Shown in pieces: positions 25,900-38,410 of a stretch of DNA of 52,394 nucleotides (position 1 is its first letter; every line of letters starts with the position of its first letter). The notes beneath the pieces were generated by a model that was not told where the DNA came from, searched no databases, and saw nothing but the letters and a program-made list of their open reading frames with translations. The translations under genes were made by a program, and so were the position numbers. The DNA comes from Girardia tigrina (taxonomy: Eukaryota): assembly GCA_001938485.1 (NCBI GenBank), contig MQRK01237968.1, forward strand, positions 1 through 52,394, written 5' to 3'.

Positions 25900-26250
25900 T
25901 TGATTCTTAAACAAGACACGTTTGTGCGTCTGTTGGAATTTCGAGGCCTAATTAACTTTGAGCTACTTCCAAATGATTAAAATATCTAAGCCTACCCAAA
26001 TTGCTCCTAAACTGATTATATGTATTTTGCGCTTTGAAGGAAATAATCCTTTTCGTTAATTAAAATTGCGTTCTTCTGTAGCAAGACAACGCAAAACTAC
26101 TTGCCACAATGCAAACCAAGGAAAGTTTAAAAAAATCTTGACGCCATTCAACGTCTTCTACACTTAGCTTATAATCCAGACCTTGTACCATCTAACTGTC
26201 AGATTTTTCGTTTTTAGCGCACTTTCTTTGAGGCCGCATCTTCAACAATA
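25900..26250 (+). mobile_element. mariner catalytic-domain remnant
   Basis: QDNAK... and HLAYNPDLVPSN (degenerate HPPYSPDLAPSD). Confidence 0.7.
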
Positions 26251-26914
26251 TGTACTTAGTTACTTTATTACTGTTCATTTTATGGTATATGTTTACTTCA
26301 AAATAGTTGTTTAAAATTGACTAATCTATAAAATGAGTCATAATTTAAATTTGTTTTTCCAAAATTATTTAAAAAACTTTATTACGTAATTTGTTATATG
26401 ATGCTAGATTTTAAAAAAATTTTATTAGTCAATATACAATGTATAGACCTTCAATTTAACATCAAAATTAGCGAAGGCATACCCTGTGGGACACCCTGTA
26501 TATCGTTAATATTTGTTATTTTATTTTTTATTCAATGTTTGCCTTTCGATACTGTTTAATAACTTATAAAATAAAATATTTAATTCGAATTTAGATTTCG
26601 TATAAGGTTTCTAATAGGTCTACATGCTTTTTTCGTCATAAATGAGGAAATAAAAAAACATGAACATTAATTCTTTTAAGGAAATGACGTATCTTTTGTT
26701 TTATAAAAAATTGCCATTATTTTTTAAATTTATCGGTTATTAAAACACTTTTTATTTCCAATCATCTTTCTCTAGCTGGTAACGAATTAAGAAACTCTAA
26801 ATCTTCCTTGTATTTTGATCCATTCAGGGAGATGAGCACACTCTTACCTAAAATGAGTCAAATTTATCTTTTTATTTAACATATTAGTGAGCCCCAGTGA
26901 TCTTTGAATGTCCT

Positions 26915-27416
26915 TGTGAGGAATATTTTAAATTGTTTGAATGTGTAAATGTAGTGATGCGGTATGTTGATTTAAGTATGTTGAATTTAGAATGGTGATT
27001 CTCGCACCCAGATGGAAATTGGTATTTTTTATTAAGTTTAAAGTGATTGACTATTCGAACATAATTAAAATAATCATTTGATAAGTTCATATTTGTAATT
27101 TCACAATTAAAATTAAGTTTAATAATTTTTAGCAAAATTTAAATTAAATGCATTTTTAATAATTTGATGACATTTTTATTATTTTAAGAATTATTGAGAA
27201 ATGGTAAAACTTATTATTTTTAAATTAATATTTTTAGAGGTTAAATATTTTAAAAAATAATTTAGAAAAACTTGTTCGAATAATCATGATTAACAACAGA
27301 AATAAGAAAACCAATTAGAACGATGGCAAACGATGAAAGACTTTCTGAGAGTCATAATGACTCCAAATGTGATTGTAATAAAGATTCAAACGCGACTTGT
27401 TTAAATGTTCTCAATA
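26915..27416 (+). repeat. solo LTR, subfamily B, TSD GTCCT/ATCCT
   Basis: High similarity (inverted) to LTR 30678-30176. Ends TGTGAGG...GTTCTCAATA. 5-bp flanks differ by one transition. Confidence 0.9.
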
Positions 27417-29139
27417 ATCCTTATAAGCTATTTTTCCGAAAAATATCATAAAAATTAGCGGGGTCTGAAATATAATAATTGTTTTGATATCTTTTGCGTT
27501 TGTCGTACGCATCAAAGCTCGACTTTATCGAAAATATATTTAAAGTAATATGTTTTTTAATTAGTTATTGAAGATATACAGTTTTTATTTTATTATTTTC
27601 CAATCTAAAATATAAATCAAATAAACATAACCATAAGTTATAATAAATAAATAATGGAAAGATTAAAAAATCGAAATCTTCCCTTAAGGTAAAATATAAT
27701 TTAATTTATTTGATTTAATTTCGCTACCATGGAGGATGGAGTGGACTGCTTCAAGGTAAATAGAAATAAAAATATTTGTAAGTTTAACCGACACATGATT
27801 TTAACTGTCCTTACATTTAATAAATTGTTTAAATTAATAAATTATAATAATAAATTAATAAATTGCCAAACATATATATATTTATTAGTAAAATTAAGAT
27901 GCTTCTATAATTATCATTATTATTATTTTTATTATTATTATATACTTATATGTGTAATGCATATATATATATAATAAATATAAATATCCTTAGATTATTG
28001 ACAATCAATTAAATGTTATTAATCAAAATTTTTAAATTATTAAAATTTACTACTTACATAATTATAAGTAGACAAATAAACATAAATAATGCATTTTTAT
28101 AACGTAAATTTAAATAAAAGTGAAAAATATTTCGAGTTTTGTGTTAAAAAAGTGTTTATTTTCAGAAAGAAGTTTTATATTTATTTTAAAATAATTTGAA
28201 AAAAGATTAAAATAATTAAAACTCTACAATTATTTTCTAAAATTTATTTATAAATTAAAAATTTCTTTGTAAAATTAAATGTTGTTTTTGTAAATAATTT
28301 ATTTGAAACCAGAAATTCTGTTTTAATAAATCACAAAAACGCGATTGTGTAAGTAAAATTGAGTGATTAAAACAACTAAAAAACAATTGAAAAAATAAAA
28401 TTGGTAAAAGAAATATTTTTTAAGAGAAAAAGAATTCGATTAATAATTAATTTTATTTTTCAAATGTTTTGTTCAATTATGCATCGAACAAGCAACAAAA
28501 ATATTCAATAAGTCTCTTTATAAATAAATTATTTAAAATAAATAAAAATTATTTTTAATAAATTAGTTTTTAATTTTTTGAGAATAAAACTGAATTAAAA
28601 TTTTTCCATTTTATTAAAGATTTGTTAGTTGTTTATTATTTACATTCTCTGTCCGTTTTTGCCCAACTCAAGGTGCTCGATCCACCCTACGGGAATATTT
28701 CACGGGGAATGAGTCTGAGATTGTCGAAATGGTGCTGACCATGAGTAACTTTGCCAGTTACCATTCGTCCTCCCTAAATATGCTACCGTTTTTCTTCGAG
28801 TATTCGGTCAATTTTGCTAATTGTGATGATGAGGGATAGGCGAGAAGAGTGGCGATGAGATCGCGATCGGTTCAACAAGAGTCCGAATATTAATGTTTAA
28901 AGTGATGTTTAAGTTGCTTACAAGAAGTATCGTTGATTCATCAAAATCTGAATAGAGAAATGAAAATTTTGTTCGAAAATTACGAAAATGTACCAATATT
29001 TCTTAAAGTTTAAACGAAAATTAGCATTAATATGATGCAAAGTCAGTTGATGACGACTCATTCGTTGATTCAGAATGCGTCATACAATTTGAGCATAAAA
29101 TAAAAGCTATTTATTTTTTGAAGCAAAGTGGCGTACTAT

Positions 29140-30170
29140 TAATCTTCAAAGTATTCACCATTAGCATCTATGGTCTTTTGCCATCTTTTTGGCAATAAAA
29201 AAGATGTCTTTGGTGAAAAAGTCTTCATCTTTCGAATCAATGAAGTCATCTATGCACTTCTTGAAATGTTGTCCAGAGAGATAATGTAGGAGAGACGGAA
29301 ATATATGAAAATCTGTTGGAGTCAAGTCCGGTAAATAAGGTAGATGCGGTAGAACCTTCCATCCAAGCGGTAAAATAATATTTTTCGTCACCAACGCAAC
29401 ATCGGGTCTAGCGTTATCATGCAGCAGTATGCCATTGGGTCCACTTTGGCCCACATATTTCCTTAACTCGCTGATTTTTTCGTTCAGCTTAGATAGCTGA
29501 TCACAATAGCGCTATGTGATAACTGTTTGCCCGGGATCCAACAGCTCATAATAAAGAAGGCCGTTCATATCACAACACATACACGGATGGAATTTCCTGC
29601 CATGAATATTAATGGAGTTCCGGGGTCTATCCATTGCCTCTTTCGTTTTGGGTTATCATAACACACTCATTTCTCATCCCCAGTGACGATTTTCCATAAA
29701 AACGATTTTCTTCGATTGCTGGTGAGGTGAGCCATAGCGATATTCATTCTATCGTCCTTGTTTCTGGAAGAGAGAGCATGTGGGACCCATCTTGTTGCTT
29801 TCTATACCTTTCCTAGAACTTACAGACGCCGTAGGACTGTCAACTGGTTATCGTTGACAAACTTGGCCAGTTCAGGGGTTGATTGACAATCATCCTCTCT
29901 TAAGAGAACCAGAAGCCCGTCGTCCTTCATTTCTTTTAGTCTACCATTTTGTGGCTGGTCCTCCAGGTTGAATTCGCTCTTCTTGAACTTGGTATACGAT
30001 TCTTTGATCATTGTAAGGCCAACAGAACCTGTACCATATGCTTGGTAAATTTCATCCTTCGTTTGCGACGCCTTTTTGCCAAGATTAAACATAAATAATA
30101 TACAGTGGTGTATGTGATTTTTATGGGTATCAATTTCCTGAATAATAAAAAAATTAACACGTGGATTTTC
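29140..30170 (-). mobile_element. mariner transposase body; its 5' end is displaced to 33707-33763 by a Gypsy insertion
   Basis: HTH (29820-30092), WVPHAL, IVTGDEK, LHDNARP, PYLPDLTPTD. TIR-like TTAGGTCGATGCATAAGTTTCCGA on minus at 33740-33763. Confidence 0.9.
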
Positions 30171-31808
30171 GGGACTATTAAGAACATTTAGACAAGTCTC
30201 GCTTGAATTTTTATTACAATCACTTTTAGAGTCATTAAGACTCTCAGAAGGTCTTTAATCGTTTGCCATAGTTCTAATTGGTTTTCTTATTTCTATTTTT
30301 AATCATGATTATTCGAACAATTTTTAAGTCATTTTTTAAAATATTTAACTTCTAAAAAATATTAATTAAATAATAATAATTTTTACCATTTCTCAATAAA
30401 TCCCAAAATAATAAAAATGTCATCAAATTATTAAAAATGCATTTAATTTAAATTTTACTTAAAAATATTAAACTTAAATTTAATTGTTAAATTAAAAAAA
30501 TATGAACTTATAAAATGATTATTTTAATTATGTTCGAATAGACAATCACTTTAAATTTAAATAAAAAATACCAATTTCCATCTGGGTGGGAGAATCACCA
30601 TTCTAAATTCAACATACTTAAATCAACATACAACATCACTACATTTACACATTCAAACAATTTAAAATATTCCTCACATCCCCTCGGTTTAAATGGCTTA
30701 AACCATTTTTCATTTCTGATCAAAATCCTGTCGTCATCTAGTTGTATCTTAAACTTCCTTTGTATCTTTGCTTTATAATTTTAGCTGGTTCCATATAGCG
30801 GTCATCATCTTTTGATGGGTTAACTTTCTTTATCAATACTTTATCTCCGACCTGAAATATTCGCTTTGTTTCAATTGTATTTTTATTTTCTTTTTCTCCA
30901 ATTTTTCCTTCAGTTGTGTTCTTCCACCAATGTCTGAGTTTTCTTTCGAAGATTATCTCGGCTGAAGATATTCCTGTAGTTGCTTGAATTGTACCGTTTA
31001 ATATGAATTCTATTTCTACCAACATTTTTTCCTGTAATAGTCTACTGAAAACCTCTCGCATATTTTTTTATGTAAACACTTCGTCATTTCTTTTTGTACA
31101 TTATTTGATGATTTTTTTTGTTTTTTCGTAATTCTTATTATTGCGCCTAGTCTTTTTGTCTATCTTTTTATATATTTTTTTAATTTTTTTATGCAAGTCC
31201 AAAGTTATATAACGACAATATTATTACAATTACGTTTGTCTTGATTTTGTAATTTTTAAAAGAAAGAAAGAAAGAAGAAGAAGGATAAGAAGAAAAAGAG
31301 AAGGAGCAAATTCGTTGTTTCTCCGATCTCGTAAAACCAAAAGCCAGCCATTCATTCATAATATTATTTATTATCTACTTGGGAATACGATTATTAAATT
31401 TCAAGGTTTGAATTTGAATTTAAAAAAATCAATACACAAATTAATTAAATTATATCTAATTGAAAGTAACTTATTATCGCTGATTGTCGACAACTATTCC
31501 GAGAAAACCGAATATATCTGAGAATTATTCTATTTTGTCTGACATTTATTATTTTACTAACTTTGGTGACAACATATGATATCAATTGTGAGTGATTGTT
31601 TAGTGAATAAAAAGAAGTTAATTGTTGTAAACAAGATTCTTACATTATTGTATTTGTTAAAGTTATTCATTTTTTTTACAATTTTAACAAGTCCACCGAA
31701 CAAGCTCTTTGTTCTATTAACTTGGTTAGATTTTTCTTATATACTATAAAAAAAATAAAGTTTCCATTACCAATAAGATAGACCAGCGAATACTTTATTT
31801 TTTTATAG

Positions 31809-32600
31809 TGGTGTCAGAAGGCAAACATAGACTCCCCTCATAACAATCATAGCCATTTTAATACATTAAATCTCACAACAAACAGTAATTTCATAACACA
31901 ACACAACTCAACATAACAACAACAACACGCACTCACAGACAACACATAACACAACATACACAATAACAATTCTTAGATAAAAAAAAATACAAAAAAATAC
32001 AACAAACCAAAAACAAAGCCCTTTCAAAACAAACAATCAAGAATGTTCCCAGTGACAGAACAAATCAAACAATTACGACAGAAATAACAACAGCACTACA
32101 ACACTAAGAATACCAAATGAAGAAACAACTATTAATCATCTTTCAAACATCACGAACAATAACTTAGAACAATCTTAATTCTACAAATCACTCAAAGAAA
32201 AATTAAACAAAATCGAGAAAAACAAAGAATTTACAAAAACATTTTTTCTACGAGCATTACCCGATAACATTAGAATGGCACTCATCACTGCCAATACCAA
32301 ATCAAATGAGGAAATGGTAAAATTAGCAGACAAGCTCTATACCGAGTACAATTACCAAGTGAACAACATTCAATCATACAAAAAAGGCCAAGGAAACAAC
32401 AACACAGATATATTAACTAACATTAACAATCAACTGGAGAAATTCAAATAACAATACCAATCCATAGAAAAAAGACTAAACAACCTTGAAATAATACAAA
32501 ACAAATATACATTCCTCAATAAATCTAGTAAAAACCCAAAACTAATAGAAAACGATAAACAAAGTTCAAGGTGTTGGTATCACGAAAAATATGAATCACG
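31809..32600 (+). mobile_element. CsRN1-like Gypsy 5' fragment: PBS + gag remnant
   Basis: PBS TGGTGTCAGAAG (complement of a tRNA-Leu 3' end). FLRALPDNIRMALIT...MVKLADKLY and CWYHEKY are gag motifs typical of CsRN1-type elements. Strongly A/C-skewed. Confidence 0.7.
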
Positions 32601-33011
32601 AAAAAAATGGCATATCATTCCTCTGCCAAATAAACTCATCTGAATCTTCAGTCAATGCAAGTATTCTAGTTTTAACTTTTCCTTTTTTAGCGTCATCGTG
32701 CATTGTCTGACATTGTACACATAGTTCACATGTATTTCTTGACATTGCGTCTGCATTAGTGTCTTTCGCCTTTGCGGTATTCCATCCTCATTTCTAGTCC
32801 ACTAAGGAAGTTTATCCAAGTTTGAAATTGTGGAGTTATTGGGTTCTTCGTTGTCATCATGAATGTGATGGCCTTATGGTCCGTTCTAAGTAGAAAATTC
32901 TATCCGTATAAGAAATGTTTGAAGTGTCGGGTGAAGTAATAGTTTGCTAATAATTTCTTTTTTTATAATACAATATCCCAGTTCGTGTTTGTTCATCTTG
33001 TGGGATCCATA

Positions 33012-33495
33012 TGCAATTACTCTTTCCCTTCCGTATGCATCCTGTGCAAGTACATATTGTTTATGAATATAAATGTAATGGGTGCGATGTCACATTCATT
33101 GGAGAGACTGCCCGTCATCTCTGTATACGAATTCAAGAAGAAGGTCGAAAAGAGTGTAAGAGTAATATTGCAGAACATAAGAAAAAATGTAAATGTGATG
33201 TTAATTTTGATAATTTCAAAATTCTCTGTAAGCATTTTGACAGTTATTGGGAGAGAGTGTCGTGTGAAGCATTGTTAATTAGGTTACGTTGTCCTAAACT
33301 CAATGTTCAATCGGCAGTCTCAACCAGCTTATTGAGAATTTTTGATTAGCATGATTTCATGCAATCGATTACATAATCATCATTTTTGTATTTATATACA
33401 GGTGCATTGATTATTAATTAGTGACCTGAAGATGACGGTAGATCCGTAGACATATATTGTCTATAAATATATTTTTTAATAGATGAGTGTTGTTT
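33012..33495 (+). mobile_element. Penelope-like element 3' end (GIY-YIG endonuclease + 3' UTR)
   Basis: ORF 33011..33349: IVYEYKCNGCDVTFIGETARHL..R..E...S.IAEH...NFKIL...R..EALLI...P.LN, the PLE GIY-YIG pattern. Confidence 0.9.
33423..33461 (+). ncRNA. degenerate minimal hammerhead ribozyme of the Penelope element
   Basis: GAC-CTGAAGA-T-GACGG-TAGAT-CCGT(A)-GACA(expected GAAA)-TATATT-GTC: core box, stem II and a 3-bp stem I are present, with two substitutions. Confidence 0.6.
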
Positions 33496-33989
33496 TTAAT
33501 TTTAATTGTTAAATTAAAAAAATATGAACTTATAAAATAATTATTTTAATTATGTTCGAATTGTTAATCACTTTAAATTTAAATAAATAAAATACCAATT
33601 TCCATCTGGGTGGGAGAATCACCATTCTAAATTCAACATACTTAAATCAACACACATCATCAATACATTTACACATTCACAATTTTAAAATATTCCTCAC
33701 AGGGACAATTAAAGAAGTAAATCAATTTTTTATCAAAGGTCGGAAACTTATGCATCGACCTAACAGTAGTAAAATTTTGCTTTGTTTAAATGCAAAAAAT
33801 TAAAAATTTTTGTTTGTGAATGGAGTAAATTGTTAAAATTTTTGAAAACTTTGTTTTGAAGACTTGTTGTCACATAATTATGCAAGCAAAAGGGTCGTTG
33901 AAAAAATAGTTTTGGAATAAAATATTTTTCAATTTCTGGACGAACCGATATGCTCTTCGGTGTTATATTGACCAGATTATTATGTTATA

Positions 33990-34240
33990 ATGATCCGGGC
34001 AAAAGGCACGGAGAAAAAAAATACTGGATGACATCGGTCCCAATGGAAGGATTTGAATCGAATGAAATCGCAATCAAAGAAGAAAGAGACGATAAATGCG
34101 AAGTAAAACTCGTGATACACTCAAAGTGAGATAGGGTAGACGATTTTAATTGGATCCAAAAATGCCGGAAAATCCAGAGTACAAAGTCGACAAAGAAAAT
34201 CTGAGAACAATCATCTCGAAAAACCATTAAGCTCCTCCTA
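33990..34240 (+). pseudogene. possible small heat-shock (alpha-crystallin domain) pseudogene fragment
   Basis: YWMTSVPMEGFESNEIAIKE...KLVIHSK*...F then frameshifted MPENPEYKVDKENLRTIISK resembles the HSP20 core strands. Confidence 0.4.
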
Positions 34241-35040
34241 ACCCCCTAGGAACATTCCACAAGCGCTACATTCCACAAGCGCCAGGGTCCTGCACACGCT
34301 CTGTTAATACTTCCACCAAAATATATGTATAGTATCCATCGCATTACTTTACTTTTATTTTATTGTTCTTCTTTTTTAATTTTACTGTACTTTTGTTTCA
34401 TTGCATGCTGATTTTATTTCAAGCATTTTTTACTTTTAAACATGAAATGTGTTTAACGACGAATAAATTCGAAAACAAATGTTATTCAAAACAAAAATAG
34501 ATAAAATTTATAAGTTAACTCGATTTCCCTCAGTCATCAAACGACGTATGAATGATCTCACAAAATTCATATAAGAGGGTCATTGTGTGGCATTCATTGA
34601 AAGGTAAGACTAAAAAGTTGAGAAAGCCTTGAAAATGTTTTACCTTTTCCATTTTGAAAAATTGTAAAAGAGTACATTAAGTGATATAACTATGAAATAA
34701 TTAAAACTAAGAAATAAAAAGTACAAACATTTAAAAAGAATTTATTGAAGATGCTCCTGATAGACTGCAAAAATCTTGTGACTGATACCATAATGAATAT
34801 TATGTTCGTAATGAATTTGCAAAATAAATTATCTATTCGAATAAAAAAGTTTAATTTCAGTTTAAATAAGTAACATACAAAAGAAATACTTTTTTAAGAA
34901 ACTTCTAATAAATTCATTTTAATCTAATGATTTATTGGTAAAATTGTTTTCATTATTATATAGAAAGAAAACAAATCACCAACCCTTCTGCCAAATGTCT
35001 TCAAGATTCCAATCTTTTACCTCATTATAAAAATAATATA

Positions 35041-36334
35041 TTGGGTTGAGGAATAAGTTCCCGCCGTTTTTTGAAAAATTAAAATTTTATTTTTTAACAA
35101 AAAAGTTACTACAAATTAATCACAAATATAATCTCTGCCATTGTTCACGACTTCTTCCCAACGTTCAACGAGTTTTCCAATGCCTCTTTTGTAGAAATCA
35201 CCCGGTCTTGACTCGAAGAATTCAGCCAACCAAACTTGCAGTTCTCTATCATTGTTGAACGAAACACCACGCAAAGCGTTAGAAAGCGAACGGAAAAGAT
35301 AAAAATCAGATGGAGCCAAGTCAGGTGAATACGGAGGGTGCGGTAACACTTCCCAACCAAGCGTTTGAATGGCTTATTTTGTCATTCTGGCAATATGAGG
35401 ACGTGTATTGTCGTGTTGCAAAATAACGCCAAGTTGTCGATCCGGATGTTTTTGTCTTATAGCGGCGTTGAGTCTATGTAGCTGTTTAACATAAAGTTCT
35501 GCGTTCACTGTTTGGTTTCGAGGAAGCAATTCATAATGAATAATCCCTTCCCAACCCCACCAAATGCATAGCATTGTCTTTCGTGGATGAAGATCCTGTT
35601 TTGCTCGCGGTGTCGATTGTTCTTCTCGGCTACCCATTCTTTGCGCTGTTTCATGTTGACGTACAGGCACCATTTTTCATCACCCGTTACAATTCGGTAA
35701 AGAAATTGTTGCTTATGACCGTGAGTAGAGCGATGACGGGCAAGCAAACTCGCCGAAATTGCGGATCGCTGGTTTTTGTTGTTTTCGGTAAAAAGATGTG
35801 GGACTCAAGCTCCCATTTTTTGAACTTTTCCCATTGATTTCAGGTGGTTCCCGACAGTTTGTTGATCACAATCCATTTGTTCCGCCAATTCTCGAGTGGT
35901 TTGACTTGCGTCTTCATGCAAAAGTTTGGTCAAACACTCTTCATCGAATTCATTTGGTTGTCCTGAACGAGGGCATCCTTGAGGTCAAAATTGCCAATTT
36001 TAAATTTTGCGAACCAATCACGAGCGGTTCTATCAGCTATAGCACCTTCTCCGTATACAGCACAAAGCTATTGCCAAGCGTCTGCGGCTTTGGCACCTCG
36101 ATTATACGCAAACAATAGATGGTGTCGGAAATGCTCATTTTTGTCGACTTGACACTCAATTTCAATGGTCTAAAAATCGACAAAAATTAATCTGAATAAG
36201 AAAACAAAACACACCATTATTTAGAGCAAAACAATAGCTTTCAAATAACATATAACATTACATCAAAAAATTTGATTTAAATATTAAATTGATTAAAAAT
36301 TCAAAAAACGGCGGGAACTTTTTCCTCAACCTAA
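35041..36334 (-). mobile_element. full-length mariner (mellifera-like), frameshifted
   Basis: ~35-bp TIRs TT(G/A)GGTTGAGGAA(T/A)AAGTTCCCGCCGTTTTTTGAA with TA flanks. Motifs IVTGDEKW, QHDNTRPH, HPPYSPDLAPSD. Confidence 0.97.
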
Positions 36335-36659
36335 TATAATGAGTATGTTTTCGTTTATCTAATTCAGAGTATAATTTTGACTTATTTGTATCGTAAAATC
36401 AATTGCAATCTTCTCATTAATAAGATGATTAAATGGGTACGTGATACGTTTATTGGATTTTCAAAATATTACAAAATTATTAAAAGATTAAAACGATTAC
36501 ATATGTTTAATAATTTTTGAATAACAATAAAATCACTATAAATTCATATTTACCTTAAATTTAAAAATAATTGACAACAGCCGTCTAGGCAGATACCTCA
36601 CGCTTAGCAAAACATGGACGCATTAAAAACACGTTCATCTATCTCTCAAACCGTGTCAG

Positions 36660-36797
36660 AAATTTCTACGAAAAAATTTATACGAAGGAAATTTATACGA
36701 AGGAAATTTATACGAATGGAAATTTATACAACTAAAAAAGGGAAATTTATACGAATATACGAAATTTATACCACTTAAAAATGTAAATTTATACAAA
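36660..36797 (+). repeat. minisatellite of AAATTTATACGAAGG-like units (about 8 core copies)
   Basis: Direct reading of the repeated AAATTTATAC core. Confidence 0.85.
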
Positions 36798-37139
36798 TAA
36801 AAGTTGTCGAATAAAAATTCATATTGATTTTATAATACAAAAATGTTTTTGATTTTTTTTATGATTTGATTCGAAATGTTTAAAGTATTTTCAATAGCTG
36901 TAATAACCTGTGTTAAAACATAAAAATATAACATTTTACCCAAGGACAATGAAATAAAATATTTACGTGGAGTGACTCAACATTAATTTCTAAATTGCCT
37001 TATTTATTAGTTTTAATCAGATGGATGATTAATATTTTAATTCTTATAATCTGAAACCAATTTTTTCAAGTTTAGATTTAATATTCAAAATTTTAATTTA
37101 TTATTATTATAAATTTTAAATAAAATAATTCGTTTCAAG

Positions 37140-37490
37140 TTAGTTCAGATCATCGTTTGAGCGGTAAATTGTAAAGGCCATGTGAATAAAAAATTTTTGT
37201 CGAGAATCTATAAATTTCAGGAAGGCCATTTTTATGGCATCTTCGGAATGGAATTTTATCCTATCAAAAAGTTGTTTTACATTGAGGAAGAAATAGTACT
37301 GAGTTAGGGCTAGGTCTGGTGAGTAGAGAGGAGGAAGATGAGAGTTGACCTGTTTACCAAACACGGATGTTTTTATTTTGAGTTTCTGCATCATATCTTT
37401 CAATTGGTTGCAGGAGACTTCTGCTGTGATCGACAAACAAGATTTCATGAAGTCATAATGGATTACTCTTAATAAAAAGTTTGGATTCCT
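37140..37490 (-). mobile_element. internally deleted mariner remnant
   Basis: IHYDFMK...SITAEV..NQL..M and PLYSPDLALTQYYFF. Confidence 0.8.
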
Positions 37491-37735
37491 TATAAATGAT
37501 GACTTTAAGTAATATTAGTCTACCTTCAAAAATTTATTCAGAGCAGAGAGGTGCGATTATTCGTAAAACTCGATCAGAAATCATTGCCTAATTAGTTTTT
37601 AGTTCAATATAATGGAGAAAATTGTTATAAAAACTGTAAAATAAGCCTCGTTAGAAAATTTTATTAAATACACTAAATGAATAAATCTTCGCATTTTATT
37701 TCAAGATAAAAATCACAATTGAGAAACTTTACGGT

Positions 37736-37953
37736 CTATTTCTGACATTTATTTAATTTTTTGTCACACGACGAAGCCTTATGTTTAGCTAAATAACTTT
37801 TGAGCGAGAAACACCGACAACATTTTCCACACTGAAAAGGCTTCACGGTCGAGTGGGTCTGAATATGGGCGCGCAGATTTGATTTATCGGCGAACATTTT
37901 GCCACAAATGTTACATTTGAACGGTCGTTCTCCGGTGTGAGTTCTGACGTGGC
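37736..37953 (-). CDS. scrt: Scratch-like C2H2 zinc-finger gene, last exon
   Basis: Acceptor ttttag|GC. Translates (G)HVRTHTGERPFKCNICGKMFADKSNLRAHIQTHSTVKPFQCGKCCRCFSLKSYLAKHKASSCDKKLNKCQK*. FADKSNLRAH and FxLKSYLxKH are Scratch-type fingers. Phase matches the upstream exon. Confidence 0.92.
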
Positions 37954-38410
37954 CTAAAAGGTATGAAATACATTTTATACGATGATTATTAATTTCAGTA
38001 GTATAAATATTTTGAGTTTTATTGCTTGAAATTTGTTTTTTTTTGTTATTTTGTCAATTGAAACCAGAGGAAATAAAGGGAACATTTTTTTTGGAAAAAT
38101 AATTTTTTTAAATATTTATTTTTATTTAATGAAATTTTTAAAGGAATTAAATTTGAAAATTAATTAAAATACAATTTTAATTTAATGAAAATATTAGACG
38201 AAATGGAAGTTTTAGGGGAAATAATTATATTTCTATTTGTTGCAATATATTCCATAATATTTTAAATATATTTGGTGAGTTTATTATCGCCGAATTACGG
38301 ATTAGTTTAAAATATTGTATGAGTTGAGGATTGTGAACAATCTTTTGAACAATCTTTGGGTGCTTAATTTGTATGGTCTCTGATAGACAATAAATTTTGA
38401 TTCAGAACCC

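Larger units (their letters stand above)
30176..33701 (-). mobile_element. Gypsy provirus, subfamily B, heavily deleted and invaded; TSD GGGAC
   Basis: 5' LTR remnant 33701-~33497, RNase H ~33011-32610 (GSHKMNKHELGYC...RTDHKAI), integrase tail ~31020-30686, PPT 30679-30685, 3' LTR 30678-30176. GGGAC at 30171-30175 and 33702-33706. Confidence 0.9.

Noticed and set aside
28640-29090. GC-richer segment, possible LINE remnant
   Set aside because: No diagnostic motif could be identified in any frame.
26915-30678. Composite or foldback transposon bounded by ~500-bp inverted repeats
   Set aside because: The two arms are independent LTRs, each with its own TSD (a solo LTR, and the 3' LTR of the 30176-33701 provirus).
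36660-36797. CRISPR-like array
   Set aside because: Units are 10-15 bp, mostly abutting, with no unique constant-length spacers, in a eukaryotic context with no cas genes.
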